Shown piece by piece: positions 38,900 through 51,469 of a stretch of DNA of 64,000 nt. Position 1 is the stretch's first letter. Every line of letters begins with the position of its first letter. Made by a program: the position numbers and the translations under genes. Under the pieces are notes generated by a model that made no database searches, was not told where the DNA came from, and was given only the letters and a program-made list of their open reading frames with translations. This DNA comes from Marsupella aquatica (Eukaryota > Plantae > Marchantiophyta): the NCBI GenBank assembly GCA_973895155.1, contig OZ316892.1, forward strand, positions 10,024,283 to 10,088,282, read 5' to 3'.

Positions 38900-40860
38900 T
38901 TTGACGGGAAGTGCTAGTAGTATTGTTATATAATAATGTGGCGGCATGGGTAAGAACTGCCCCGTAGCCTACAAATCATACTGAGTTACTCTTACAGAGC
39001 TTCCAAATTTCTGTCTCTCATTTTAGAACAATAAGAAACTCCTTGTTGCCTTACTGTGGCCGAGTGAAAGAAAACAGTCAATTGTCGACGTCCACTGCCT
39101 CAAGGGGTTCGGTTCCCAAAGGGATCAACAACCGTAGCTTGTACATGATGTTGATATTCTTACGCGATTTATTGAGTTGGCAACCCGGTTGGTAAATACC
39201 AAACAGTATTAGTCACGCAGGACCCTACAGTCATGCAGGACCCTGCCCGAAGAGTAACTCAGCACTTAATCTCAATGTTATAATTTGCAGGTTTGGTTGT
39301 CTGAAGAAAGTTGTGTGCAGACTTCTTGGTTCATCCATTAAATACGAAGTTCAATTCCTCGTTTCTCGCATTATCATTTCACTTACGTCTGTAACTACGA
39401 ACTAAGGACCGATCTTTGACGTTTGATTATACAGTGAGATCTGTTACGCACTATGTTTTGTACTCCTAAGTTTAGTGAGGTTGATAGTCAGATCAGATGC
39501 AACCAAGAGAGCCGCTGTATTTTATTTTGTCCATTGATTCGTACGTCACTGAGATAAAGACTTTTGTGATCAAATCATAGATCTTAAACGCACAAACCTG
39601 GGACACAAACTCAACTTGTTCAATGAAAACCAGATTTTAGTTGTCGTGAAATAAATTTTCTAATGCATGAGACGGAATCAAGACCACTTTAAAACGGAAG
39701 TCTTACACGTACTGAGTGAGCTTAGGAAACCGGATTTTGGCTCATGCCTTCAATATCCACACATTGAGGCATGTGGTTGTCTACAATTGGACGTCTTACT
39801 ACAATATCGCTCAAGGGTGACATTCAAAAAGGTGAAAACAATATACACAACACCGTCAAAAGCGGAGAGCTGAAGTGATTTGTCACAGTGCCAAATAATG
39901 GAGTGAGCATGGAATTCGCTTTTCACTTCAGTGAGTGTGTCATTAAAGCGCAGCAAACATCAATGTCATGTCTTTCCCTGAAACAAAACTCAGTACGATA
40001 TAGAATCGTGGCACCCAATGCTACTATGTCAAGTCTGCTCCTACCAATTAATATGTCTTTTGGATTGGGATTTAGTTTTGCTGCTAGCCGATGAGGAGCT
40101 AGCGTGTCCGTTCAGGTTCAGAACAATTTCTGATGAGTGATGCAGGTTACGGTAGATAATAATCAGGTTTATTTCTATTGGTAATAATTGACGACATTTG
40201 TTTGAGTGTGGAGGTATAGAAATTTGACTTAAGGAGAGGACAGGCCGGTCAATGAATGTGGTACTAAATATATAGTGAGCTACATTCTATAGTTATCCCG
40301 AGTAGTTATCCTATCTTCCGCTGTTAGAATCAGGGTAAGCCTCGGGTTAAGCCGCACATACTAACGGCTAGATTTACTACTTTTTAAAATAAATTTTAAA
40401 AGGCGAGTAGTCAATGCTCCAAGCTTTACTTCCCACTTACTGGGAGACACAAAAAAACACCTTACCCAAAAGGAACATACAATAAGTCAAGTTATAGCAA
40501 AAGGAGTCCTAATTCAGAGGATTTATGAATAAACTTTAGAGCTCCCAAAGAGAAAACTGAGCGAGAGGCAGCCACTAAAGGATCAATTCAGGTCCAGTAG
40601 CTTCCAGACTCAAGGAAAGAAAAGTTTCAGAGCCATAACTTTCTGGTCGTAGTGCTGTCTGAGGTTCTGATGTCAAAGGAACTGCCGCAGTTTTTTTGCA
40701 ATGGAATAGAAGGCGGAGGATCACTGAAGAATGCTCTCTCACAAAGCATGTCGACAAATTCAATTGCATCATTCCTAATCCGGAATGGAGCACTTGTAGT
40801 AGAAGGCAGTTTTATAATCTTATTGAATAATGTCATCTAGCTCAATAAAACAAGCTTGCT
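38900..40860 (-). pseudogene. Probable decayed NB-ARC/NLR gene fragment
   Basis: DAIEFVDMLCERAF..P (RNBS-C-like), CG/VPLT..TALR (frameshifted GLPL), FIDRPVLSL and a WV-HD (MHD-like) word at ~40010 occur in the expected order; LRR-like words follow downstream. Confidence 0.4.
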
Positions 40861-41362
40861 CAGAGGCCAGACACACACAATCGTATTCAAAAATGGGACT
40901 CACAGCAGTAGCTGAGGGAGCTCTTTAGAAGTCACTGTACAAAATCCTAATGTTTCTAATCCTTGGACCACCCCTCATCTAAATACTAATGGGTAGTTTT
41001 AACCACGGGTAGTTTTAACGACTTTGTAGATCCTCAAAATGGGATCATTTCTAGGCTAGAGTAACATTTCTAAAATGGTCTATCTGGGTAGTGAGATCTA
41101 TCCAAGTTGTTTGTCGAGTGTTGTTAGTCCGGGCTTCTTGGTCCAAACTTAGACGGAGTGCCCTTGTTTCAGTAAGGCTTAACCATGGATTTTGGATCTG
41201 AGTTTGTGAGATACAAAATTGGGGAATTGAGCTCATTGAGTGTTTGGGATGCATAATGAACAAAAGAATTTCAGCCAACCCACACTACATAGCATGGACA
41301 AAACAAATTAATTCCTTTTGTCCAGGCATTTGTGGCAGAAACATGAAGAGCTTATTAGTTAT

Positions 41363-41707
41363 TGTTAGGATTTACTCTTAGTTCTAGAGTTACGACTGTA
41401 CCAGAATTAAGGCTACCCTTAGTCACATACTAGGTTAGGTTAGTCATGATGTGCACACACTATACCCAAGCGATGTTTGCTTGGAGAATAATAACTCAGG
41501 CTCATTATAACGAAGCCAGTTGAGAGATAGGGAGAGCTTGTGCTATGAATGTTTGGTATGGTCGGTTGGTCTAGAGTACAATAAAACTCTTGTGTGTTCA
41601 CATGGATGTAGTCTCATGTGGAGGTGAACCACGTATCTCTCAGTGTTGATACTTGTGCGTTGGATGGTTCATGGGCTTGCCATTGCGATTATCATCTATA
41701 CTCAACA
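41363..41707 (+). mobile_element. Solo LTR (345 bp)
   Basis: TGTTAGG...CTCAACA termini; strong similarity to the reverse complement of 43701-44020; TSD eroded (GTTAT/ATAAT). Confidence 0.8.
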
Positions 41708-42976
41708 ATAATTGAGTTACACTTTTCATTATAACCTACCAGTTCTATCATGAGGGAGGAAGAGCTCATGCTAAAATCCTGGGTGTGTCTTGGTTGGCAT
41801 AATTGGCTGGCTGCCTGCATGCAATAAAATATAAATATATAGTCTAGCAAATATGTGCGCTAAGAAGGAAAACCTAATAAGATGTGTATATAGTAAGCTC
41901 TCAATCATTTCAAGGGAATATTATTGCCCATATGTACAAGTTGTAATGGGATATTAATTGATTAAAGGCCTAAGTTACTAACAGAAGTTTCATCATGCCC
42001 ATCCAAATATGCATTGTGCATTCTTCTATATAAAGCACCAAATAAATCACAAAGCTAGAGAAAACTCACAAATGACATTAAGATTATACTAATGTCTTGC
42101 TTACAAAGCATTGCAAATCATAATGAAAAGAGCTTTAACTCAAACCTGGTTACAAGACTGGGCTTTACAAGACAAGTTTGTAATTCCTTATAGTAGCCTT
42201 TTATCCAATTGACCATTGCAGGTTTCATTCTAGTATTAATTGCCTTGGTCTAACCTTTTGTAATTGCAGTTTATTTTTGTTTCCCGTTTTGTTTTCATGC
42301 TTCCACTTGTATGCACATGCATGCAGCTTTGCATTTAATTGTCACCAATGAGCTCCTTGTCTTTGGTTAATGTTCACTTTATTCCTCGGCTGGATTTTTA
42401 AAGGTTTTTATATAAATTACAGGAAGTTGCTTTTTAGGATTTTTATTGAGATTTACAAATATTTTAATGAAAATTAAATCAAGTTGAGAAATGTTTTTAG
42501 TCTTAAATTTGTAAAAATAATAAACACCAAACTTTATATATGACCCATTAAATTTTAAAAAGTGGAAAATCAAACTTTTTTCAAGTTTTAATTTTTTTAT
42601 AGCCAACTTTTCAGTTCATACAAAAATGTACACCCCTGCCTATTATACAATTTGGTTGCATACTAGGGGCCAGAATCAAATGCTGAAAATGGCATGCATC
42701 TGAGCATCCGAAGTTACATCTGGTCCCTCACTAAGAGCAATGTAATGAGATATACCCGGAGATATATCATTGAGTCCAAACACAATCAAGTGACAGGAAA
42801 ATACAGCTTTACGTTTTTTCATTTTTAGGGAAATAATTTATTATTATTTATATTGAAAGTTTTTCAAATATTGCAATGTTTTTTTCCAGTTTAAATTTAA
42901 ATAATTCTTATATGAATCACTTTAATTAATTTAAATTATTTCTTCATCTTGGGCAGATGAGGGCAAGCTAAGGGGC

Positions 42977-43550
42977 CTCGGGGGTTTCACTTTCACAAAA
43001 ATGGCATATCACGTGCGACGAAGGATAAGGTCATTTTATTGGTTCTAAGGGAAGACTTAAGAATTTTTGTAAAAGAACAATAGGGTCTTTTTAATTCAAT
43101 TTTGAGACTTATAAGAACATTAGGGTCTTTTTAATCCAATTTTTGGAATATTCCAAGAATATTCCAACTTTATAGGGGTTAAAAAAAAATTCTTACATTT
43201 TAGGGGGTCCAAGGCTTGAAAACGTCGCAGGTGATGGGGAGGTCCCCATATAGGTCAATTGCAAGCTTGAGGGGAGCAAAAAGGATGTTCAATTTCTCCA
43301 CCAAAAGGATTCCAGTCCTTCCCAATTTACAAGGGGTGGACAAGGTGCTACACCAAATGGCTAGGATTAGTTTGTTGAGATTGGATGGTGAGATCTTGCA
43401 TGTCAAGTCTTTGGAAGTGTGTCCAGGTTTTTAGGAAGTCCCAATCTTCTTGGAAGTGTGCACAACAATTTATTCTCCTTTTTGAGCTAATCCTTTTTGC
43501 GTCCTTTTGCCCCCCTCAATCTTGCAATTGACCTATAGTGAGACCCCGAG
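42977..43550. mobile_element. hAT-type MITE (~295 bp) carrying a nested MITE
   Basis: TIRs CTCGGGGGTTTCACT / AGTGAGACCCCGAG; perfect 8-bp TSD TAAGGGGC (42969-42976, 43551-43558). Confidence 0.9.
43253..43533. mobile_element. Nested MITE with ~32-bp TIRs
   Basis: GGTCAATTGCAAGCTTGAGGGGAGCAAAAAGGA / TCCTTTTGCCCCCCTCAATCTTGCAATTGACC, flanked by TATA on both sides. Confidence 0.85.
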
Positions 43551-43655
43551 TAAGGGGCATCTTGCATGGACAAACGTTTATTTTAGATGGGGTGTATGGA
43601 TACTTAGATCTAAGTGTATTTAAAAACCAATGTTTTCATTGATGAAAGGTCAAAA

Positions 43656-44317
43656 TGTTAGGGTTTCGATTCAACCTTGACTAGGTTAACTAGAGTAAGT
43701 TATTGAGCATAGACGACATTCGCAAAGGCAAGCCCATAAACCATCCAACGCACAAGAGTCGACACAAAGAGATACGTGGTTCACCTCCACATGAGGCTAC
43801 GTCCACTAGGCCGACCGGCCATACCAAGCATCCACAGCACAAGCTCTCCCTATCTCTCAACTAGCTTCGTAACAATGAGCCTAAGTTTCACCAGGGTCTG
43901 GCATCAGCCATGGCTTAGTTAATACACAACAACACTAGCGCTAACATTAGCTAAGTCCTAACCCGAGTTAGACTAACTGTGGTTAGCTCATGAGTCACAA
44001 GACTAGAGCAATATCTAACATAAGTTAACTAGAGTTAACATTAGTTGACTAGACTCTTCATGAAAAGATAACCCTCTTTGGATCCCATGGAGAGAGAACA
44101 CTCAGTGAAGAACTTTGTGTGAGAATGAGAGAGCTTGGACCATAGAGCTATAGTGATATGTACTTTTTGTGTTCATAGTGAAGCTCTTGGTGCGGCCGTG
44201 GCATAGTCCTTAACGGGGTGAACCACGTATCTTTGTGTCAGTGTACTCGAGTGCTATATGAATGATGATTATGAGATGTCATGTTGTCCGTTTTGATCAT
44301 ACAATTGGTATCAGGGC
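43656..44317 (+). mobile_element. 5' LTR of an LTR retrotransposon with tRNA-iMet PBS, interrupted by a solo LTR
   Basis: TGTTAGGG (43656)...CATACA (44303), then AT, then TGGTATCAGGGC (PBS, 44306-44317); contains the GGTGAACCACGTA core. Confidence 0.75.
43701..44020 (-). mobile_element. Solo LTR (320 bp) nested inside another LTR
   Basis: Perfect 5-bp TSD TAAGT (43696-43700, 44021-44025); homologous to 41363-41707 and 20843-21172. Confidence 0.88.
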
Positions 44318-45634
44318 AAGCATAGGAGTGACAACAGGATTTTTTCGTGACAGTTTTTTTCCAACCATTAGTGTCAAAAGAATTCATGGAGTTTCGTCAC
44401 ATGGAACTAAGAGGTGTTGGGCTCAACAGATAGATCGGGGCAAGGGCATTCTAGCGGTGCTTAGAAATCACTGATCAAAGTTTGTGGTGAGGCGTAATTG
44501 AAGTTTCCATCGTTCTGGATTTTTTGTGAAAATAAATTTGTGTTTGAAGGTTTCTTTGACAGAGGAGGGACCTGAGATCGTTTACTCGACGGTGTGAGCT
44601 TTGCAATGCGTGAAGCCCCCAACATTATTAATAATGGGCCAGACGTGCGAACGGATGAAGGGTGCAGAAAATTTGATTTGAGATTAATTTTTATAATTGG
44701 CTTAGAAGTATCAAGGGATGGTTTTATTCAAAGAACCCTTTCTAACTAATATAGGCTCATATAAATGTCGCCCAAGTTAATATGCTTCAAGAGGTGATGT
44801 AATATGGATGCAACACGCGTCACAATAGGATTGGTTTGTGGGCCACCCTTTATTGGAACATGTGTATATGACATATAATTGTGGTTGCAACATCTATGAT
44901 TCAAAGTAGTTTAGGACTTTGGGGCTTTGAACCTTGACTACCCCGGCCCTAGGGTTCAGAAATGCCCAAAGTTGAAGTTTGGGGTTAAAGGGTCACGAAC
45001 ACAAAAATGTAAGTACCCAAAACCCTCCCAAAACACTCCCTTTAGTTTTGAAACCGTTTGCACGCTGATGACTTTATAAATTTTCAAGGCTTTCATAAAT
45101 GGTGTAAAATATGAAATTATAATATCTCAAAGGGGCAGATTTATTCTACATGAAGTTTTTGAGAATAACAAGAGAATTTTTAATAGGCTCCCAAAAATAA
45201 TAAGGGGTACTAGGGAAGGGGATGTACGCACGTAACCTCTTTAGTTTACAAAAGCTGGGGGCCCAGGGCGTGAAGCGTTGCATACTATAGCTCAAATTGT
45301 AGATCCGACACCTTGGGCCCTCACTCCATTTAAAAGAAGTGGACCCCTATGCGATCAGGCCCTTTTCGTGTTTACCCGTTGTTATTTCTATTTTACCATT
45401 AAAAGTTCCCTTATTACCGGTAATAATTATAATTATTAGTTCAAATGAATAAAAACTATCCTTCAAGCGTTCACACATCCTCCATGTATTAGTTAAGACT
45501 GAGGGCCCAGAAATCAAGCAAAGCTGGTCGTTTTGGTATCTGGTTTATTGCCGAGGGTGAATAGAGTGTGACATAACAAGCAAAAGAGACATTTCTGGTT
45601 TTTTCAAGGCTATGGAGAGTTAGCTTTGCTGAAG

Positions 45635-45931
45635 CTCGGGGATCTCACTATATGGATGTCTCCCTATCACCTGCGATGTTTTTAGGCCTCGGACCCCTTA
45701 AAATGTAAAAAACATAAATTAGTCTTCAACCCCTATAAAGTTGGAATATTTTTGGAATATTTCAAAAATTTAGTTAGAAGGACCCTGATGTTCTTATGAG
45801 TCTTAAAATATGATTTAAAAGACCCTCTTGTTTTTCTTAGAAAATTCTTAAGTCTTCCCTTTGGACCAATAAAATGACCCTATACTTTGTCACATGTGAT
45901 GTGCCATTTTTGTGGAAGTGAAACCCCCAAG
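45635..45931. mobile_element. hAT-type MITE (297 bp), same family as 42977
   Basis: CTCGGGGATCTCACT...AGTGAAACCCCCAAG; perfect 8-bp TSD TGCTGAAG (45627-45634, 45932-45939). Confidence 0.92.
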
Positions 45932-47316
45932 TGCTGAAGTGCATTTTCTCTTTGTCTGAACGCTTGACACAGGAGTAGAAACGCAAAGTGCTAAGGTTCA
46001 ACGTAAGATAGGAGCAAAGCCGTTGTTTTGAGACCGGGATTGATACTTGAAGCGGAGGGATCAAGACGTACCGAAAGATTACACAGTGCTGGAGTGGACC
46101 ACAATGCCAATGCAATTTGCCAACATTTACTAGATGACGGTCAACACTTTTCTTGTTTGAAACGGCATCAGTTGAGTGAGAAACCCGGGCTTTTTTGTTT
46201 AAACAAATTTGTGGTTTTTTAAAGGGGTTTAAGGGCTGGTTTTTGGTGTGTATACACACATTGCCCATACCCCATTTGCGCCCTCTGTCCTGTGTATACT
46301 AAGTCATGGCCGCGACCCCACACAGGTCGGCGTCATTTGCACCATTGCGGCCCCAGCCGGGAGCCTACTTACTCATCGCCCTCGCTCCTCCCTACGCGGC
46401 CCCGTTTGCCCCTGCGCCCCCATTTTGGACTTGCTTTCTCTCCCTTCGGCGATTGCCTCACGGCCGGCCAGGACTCCTGGCTGAGTACACAGTTGTATGC
46501 TCCCGCCCTCGACCCCTACGCGTCCCCGCCCCCACCTGGCCCGATGCGCATTTTACGTTGTATTTTTCCAATAAGGGGCTTAAGACCCCCATAAGGCCCA
46601 TTTTTAAAAATCTTTCCCTCCACTCTGTTGGTTGTGGCTTTTTCCGGCACCTGCTACCCCCTAATTTAACCACTTCATCAGGGGGAATGGTTCCCTATGA
46701 GTGTTGTTGCTCTATGCAAAAATATCCCAAAAAATAGAGAGCAATTTTTTGGTGGTTCGATGAAGATTTTATCTAGGAAACAGTAACTTTTTACGGTCAT
46801 CTTTGGGGAGTTGGTAGCCAATGAAGTTGGCAACATGGTGCACTGATCAAATTACACTTCTGACATTGGGGTGTTACTTGGATTTTGATTATTCCCCAAG
46901 GTGGTCAAAATGAGGGAGAATTTTTGAGTTTTACCTACCCGGACCAAAACATGAAAAAGTTTTTTGTCGGAACTTGATTTTGATTTTGGATTTTAGTGTT
47001 GGTTTGCTAGGCTGATGGGCTACATGGCGGTGACAAGTTTCAAGTTTTTTAAGAAGTTGCAAAAATTTACATTTGTTCATGATTTTGAGTTGAGTCACCA
47101 GTACGAACGGAGGGGGAAAGCGACAAAGGGATAGAAGAGCGGTTGCAGCACTAACAATGGGTTCTTTGAAGTTTTGAAGGTCCTAGGGGTATACAATGGC
47201 TCCATGAAAAGTTACTACTACAAAATATAGGGGTGGAAAAGTTTACTGGCCACAATAATTTTACGTTATGGCAAGTTCAAATGCAAGATGTGTTAGTTTT
47301 GCAAGGTTTGGGCGCA

Positions 47317-47483
47317 AGACTTATAAGACCATTAGGGTCTTTTTAATCAATTTGGGAATATTCTAAGAATATTGCAACTTTATTGGGGGCAAAAAATATT
47401 TTTTTTCTCTTGCATTTTAGGGGATCTTAGGCCTATAAACCTTGCATATGATGGGAAGCCCCCCATATACTGAGACCCCTGAG
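47317..47483. mobile_element. Partial copy of the hAT-type MITE
   Basis: AGACTTATAAGA..TTAGGGTCTTTTTAAT..GGAATATTC..CCCCATATACTGAGACCCCTGAG. Confidence 0.8.
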
Positions 47484-47494
47484 GGTGCAAGAAA

Positions 47495-48130
47495 AATCTT
47501 GAGGTGAAAATAGATGTTGAAGTGAGAAAAGCAGTTGAAGTGAGAAAAAGATGTTAGGGAGAGAAAAGATGTCAATGACAGAAAAGATGTCAAGGTGAAC
47601 AAAGATGTTGATGCCATAAAAAGAGATGTCAAGCTAAGGAAAATAAGTCAAGCAAAAAATATGTCAAGTAGAGAAAAGATGTCAATGATTGTGAGAAAAA
47701 TATATATGGAAAATATGTCGAGGGTGAGGGAATAATGGTGTAGTGAGATAAAAATGTGAAGGTGAGAAAAAGGTCAGATGTCGAGGTGCAAACAGATGTC
47801 AATTCAATGAGAAAAAGAGATGTTGAGGTGAGGCAAAGAAGAGAAGGTGCACAACAATCATGGCGAGATGAGAAAAGATGTAAAGACGAGGAAAAGATGT
47901 GAGTCAAGGGTGAGGAAAAGATATATATTGGTGTGATAAAGATGTCAATGTGAGAAAGATGTGGAGGTGAGGAAAAAATGTTGAGTCACGTGAAAATATA
48001 TATTGAGAAGAGAAACAAAAATCAAGGACCTAAAAGATGTCAAGGGTGAGAAAATAACTGCCATGATGAGATAAAGATGTCAATGTGAGGGAAAATGACA
48101 AGCTGAGATTGAAAAAGATGTCAAGGCAAG
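47495..48130. repeat. TGAGAAAAGATGTC-type minisatellite
   Basis: Many degenerate ~18-20-bp units. Confidence 0.85.
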
Positions 48131-49399
48131 GTGGAGTTATTGTGGATTGTGGTGCTCAACAACTCGTGCATTGACATTGGAGACGCAAGATAAAAGGTCA
48201 CCAGAGCATAGAGCTCAAGCACAACCAAATGATAGAAAAAAATGTTTTTTATTTAAAAATGTTAGAGAAATTAATATTGTATTTATTCTGAAGTATTTTC
48301 CAAAACTTTAAGGCTATTATCCAATTCTTTAAATCTCAATTTTGATAATTAGTTTGTAATTAATATTCAATTAATGTTTTTATCTTGGTCAAGTTTGGGT
48401 AGGTTACTGGTAACTTGGGCAGAGATACTTGAGATTAATAGGGGTATAGATGGATCCAGCCCATGTAGAAAAACAAATTTTTAATTAAGGGCTAAGATTT
48501 GTTCCCATTATTTACGGACTCCATGAAAGGTCCCTTCCAAAATTCCTAGCACTAGAGTGTACCATGTCAACAACAACCGCAACAAACAAGACTCATCAGT
48601 TATATGAATCAACTTACAATTTTCATTTGTGTTTGCGTCAATTTGGGTGTAAATTTTGGGACGCCATGCCGTAAAAATAAATGTAAAAATTTAGAAATGC
48701 AAAGAGCAAGATGGGTAAAATTGTCACTATGTAACCGTTTTAGTTACATATCCAATTTTAAAAATTAAATTCAAAGGTTTAAAATATATTTTTCAAATAA
48801 TAAACAATGACTAATAACTAACTTGATAACTTACTTGTTAAATGGTAATTGGCACATGGAGTAAGATTTCCAACCTTTTGCAATTCAGGCAAAGTCGGAA
48901 CTTGAACTCAATGAATTGATTCAATTCATTTGATCAGACATTGATCTGGTTTCAAATGGACTTGCCACGGATTGACTATTGACTATTGCCATGAATTTGG
49001 TTGCATGTAACGAAAAAGTCTGATTTTGACAACTACTTGTGATAACCATGTTGTCTACTTTGGCATGCAAAGGAAAGTATTCATACAGTGGCAGTTAAAA
49101 ACATGTCAACTGCTCAATTGGGTCCACAATTGATTTCGTGAGAAAATCTAATCTAATCTAATCTAAACAATACAAGCTATAAAATCTAACATATTTGTAG
49201 AGGGAAGAGTGATGGATGGTTTCTGATGCATAGATGGTACCAAATAGACTTTGATTGGCAGCCCACTTTTCTTGCTTGGAACACTGTGTCACTTGTTCCA
49301 GCTAAATGTAATTAATTTTCTGTTTATTCCGTGTCTTTGTCAGATTGTTTACTGTATGGGCCTGCAAATTAAAAAGACAACCACTCTGTAAACGAGGCG

Positions 49400-50940
49400 G
49401 ACCTTGCATTACACTTCTTGATGAATTCCTTTGCATTACAGTTATTGATGGACACCTTTTCAGTCAGCGTGATTGTGGGAGCACTTGGTCTGTTTTGTCC
49501 TAAATTCCAACGAGGTGCATGGCTGACTGCCCGGCATGTTCAGAAATTGCTGATGCCTGAACAACGCCTTAACAACGCCTGAACAACTCCATTGATTCGC
49601 CGCTCTCCGTGTTTTCCAGGTTTTCGAGACCCACCGACACGTCTAACGTCGGTTAGAAATGGTGGAAGCGTGCGAGGTAGACACTGATGGCTTCGAATAT
49701 GGTGGCTTCTTACTAGACGGAGCCTACTCTGAATCCAATCAACATCCTCTTAAGATGGAAACATACTCACCCTCCTGGAGTCCTGGTATACTGCATGGGG
49801 ATTGTCTCCGTCCAGAAGCTCATCTTCTGCTACCATTATCGAACATACACCGGCCGGATTGCATGGCATGCAAAACCTTTATAGTGCCAGCTGAGGACCC
49901 TTCTGATGCCAAACACTTGGTACTTTGTCGACGATGCCGTTGAATCCATCCTGACGAAGATTCCAATCGCTGATAAGGAAGTTGACATCCGACGAACGCT
50001 ATGCCGCCCACACAATAGCCGCTTTAATGCTAGCCTACCTAGCTATGAAACCCAATATCCTCAGCGATTTGAGAGCTATTCGATGGAGTGATCAGCAACG
50101 AGCATGACGAGATATTCTGTTCCAGTCCTTATCACTCGTCCAGAAGCACTTTAGTTAGTTCGACAAATCTATCAAGAATGTCGCGACTTGGAATGTGAGT
50201 CGTCTTAATGGCCACTAGATCGCAGGAAATGTCCACTAAATAATTACGCAACCTTTGTAGCTTAGGGAGGCTCCCTAAATATAATGCCCACGAGAAATCA
50301 AGGGATGTAAATTGCTGCTTTAATTCAAGATTCTCCACTTATAAGACCTCCAAAGTCACTACCACATGAAGTAAGGGCACTAATATATGCTGACGGCACC
50401 GGCCCAAAGGTGGTGCAGTGTGCTCCATATCTAGGAACTGGACGGTTTCTACATTGCAAATTATTATTGTGTCCTTTGTTATAAGCTTCGTATCATTAAA
50501 GGGACTACCTCAATTGTAATCCTCAACATAATTGGTTTACTATCCAAGCTTTCCTAATTGACAGACTCTCGATCGGCTGTTTGGTAGCGTCTCCATCATG
50601 CTGGGGGACTTCAATTTAGTGGAAGGGAACTTCGGCATGATAGGCTATCATCTGATTCTCCTCTTCTCCAAGGGAATGAATTGACTACGGTCACAGAACT
50701 CAAAAAGTCAAACAATTGAATGTTGTGACTGTTAGATTTCATGAATGCCCATTCTCACGGCACTGTGGTGCATAATCTATTACAGTTCTGATGCCACAGC
50801 GGCAGCTTAACTTAAACAATTTGTGTTTCTCGCTCAGGCTAAAATTCGATCGATCATCCAAAAAATTCATCTCTAGGGGGACCGAAGGGTTCCTCGCGAT
50901 GTTCTTCCTGATATGGGTAATCCATCACGCCATTCTCCAC
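49400..50940 (+). mobile_element. 5' part of a decayed LINE (ORF1 remnant + ORF2 endonuclease domain)
   Basis: NVATWNVSRLN (~50176, the SWNVRGLN motif), IAALIQD (~50311), IMLGDFNLVE (~50595) and later DR- and HHAIL-like words occur in APE-domain order. Upstream LKMETYSPSWSP resembles plant LINE ORF1. Confidence 0.6.
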
Positions 50941-51343
50941 TGCTTTCATTCTCAAGAATGAATATTTCATGTTGTGTTTCTCTCCTTGAGCTAATTAGCA
51001 TAAACACAGCATGAAATTTTCTGTCCTTGAGACTCGCCTTGAGAATGATAAACGTACGAATTGTACCATTCTCGTGTAGCCATCACTGCAAATCTCGAAA
51101 GCCGCCCGTGCAGTGCAGCTGCTGTGGGATGCACGCTCAGAACGTGGGCGATTACATGAAGGTTCAAAAGCTTGGGGTAACTACGATGAATTAGGTTTCC
51201 CGGGCAGGTAAGGGACCGCCAGGTCGGAGCAGCGAAAGGTACAGAGCCTGCACGCAAGGAAGAAGAACGTGAGAAATGTTAGCCATTTTCCTCGAGGCAG
51301 ACGAACCGAACCCCTCGAACAGGTCGATCAGGATGGCCTTCAG

Positions 51344-51346
<3 letters not shown>

Positions 51347-51396
<50 letters not shown>
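51347..51396. repeat. (CT)n microsatellite
   Basis: About 24 CT units. Confidence 0.97.
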
Positions 51397-51398
<2 letters not shown>

Positions 51399-51469
51399 CA
51401 CCTCGTCCTTGGTAGCCTCTACCTTTGGTCCTCAGGGTCTCGAGTATTCCCCTTTGTTTCCCTCTGGTT

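Noticed and set aside
42977-45931. One large element with ~290-bp TIRs
   Set aside because: Each 'arm' is a complete MITE with its own distinct 8-bp TSD.
46248-46737. Pro-rich overlapping ORFs
   Set aside because: A GC-rich low-complexity patch with no protein motif; probably a TE interior.
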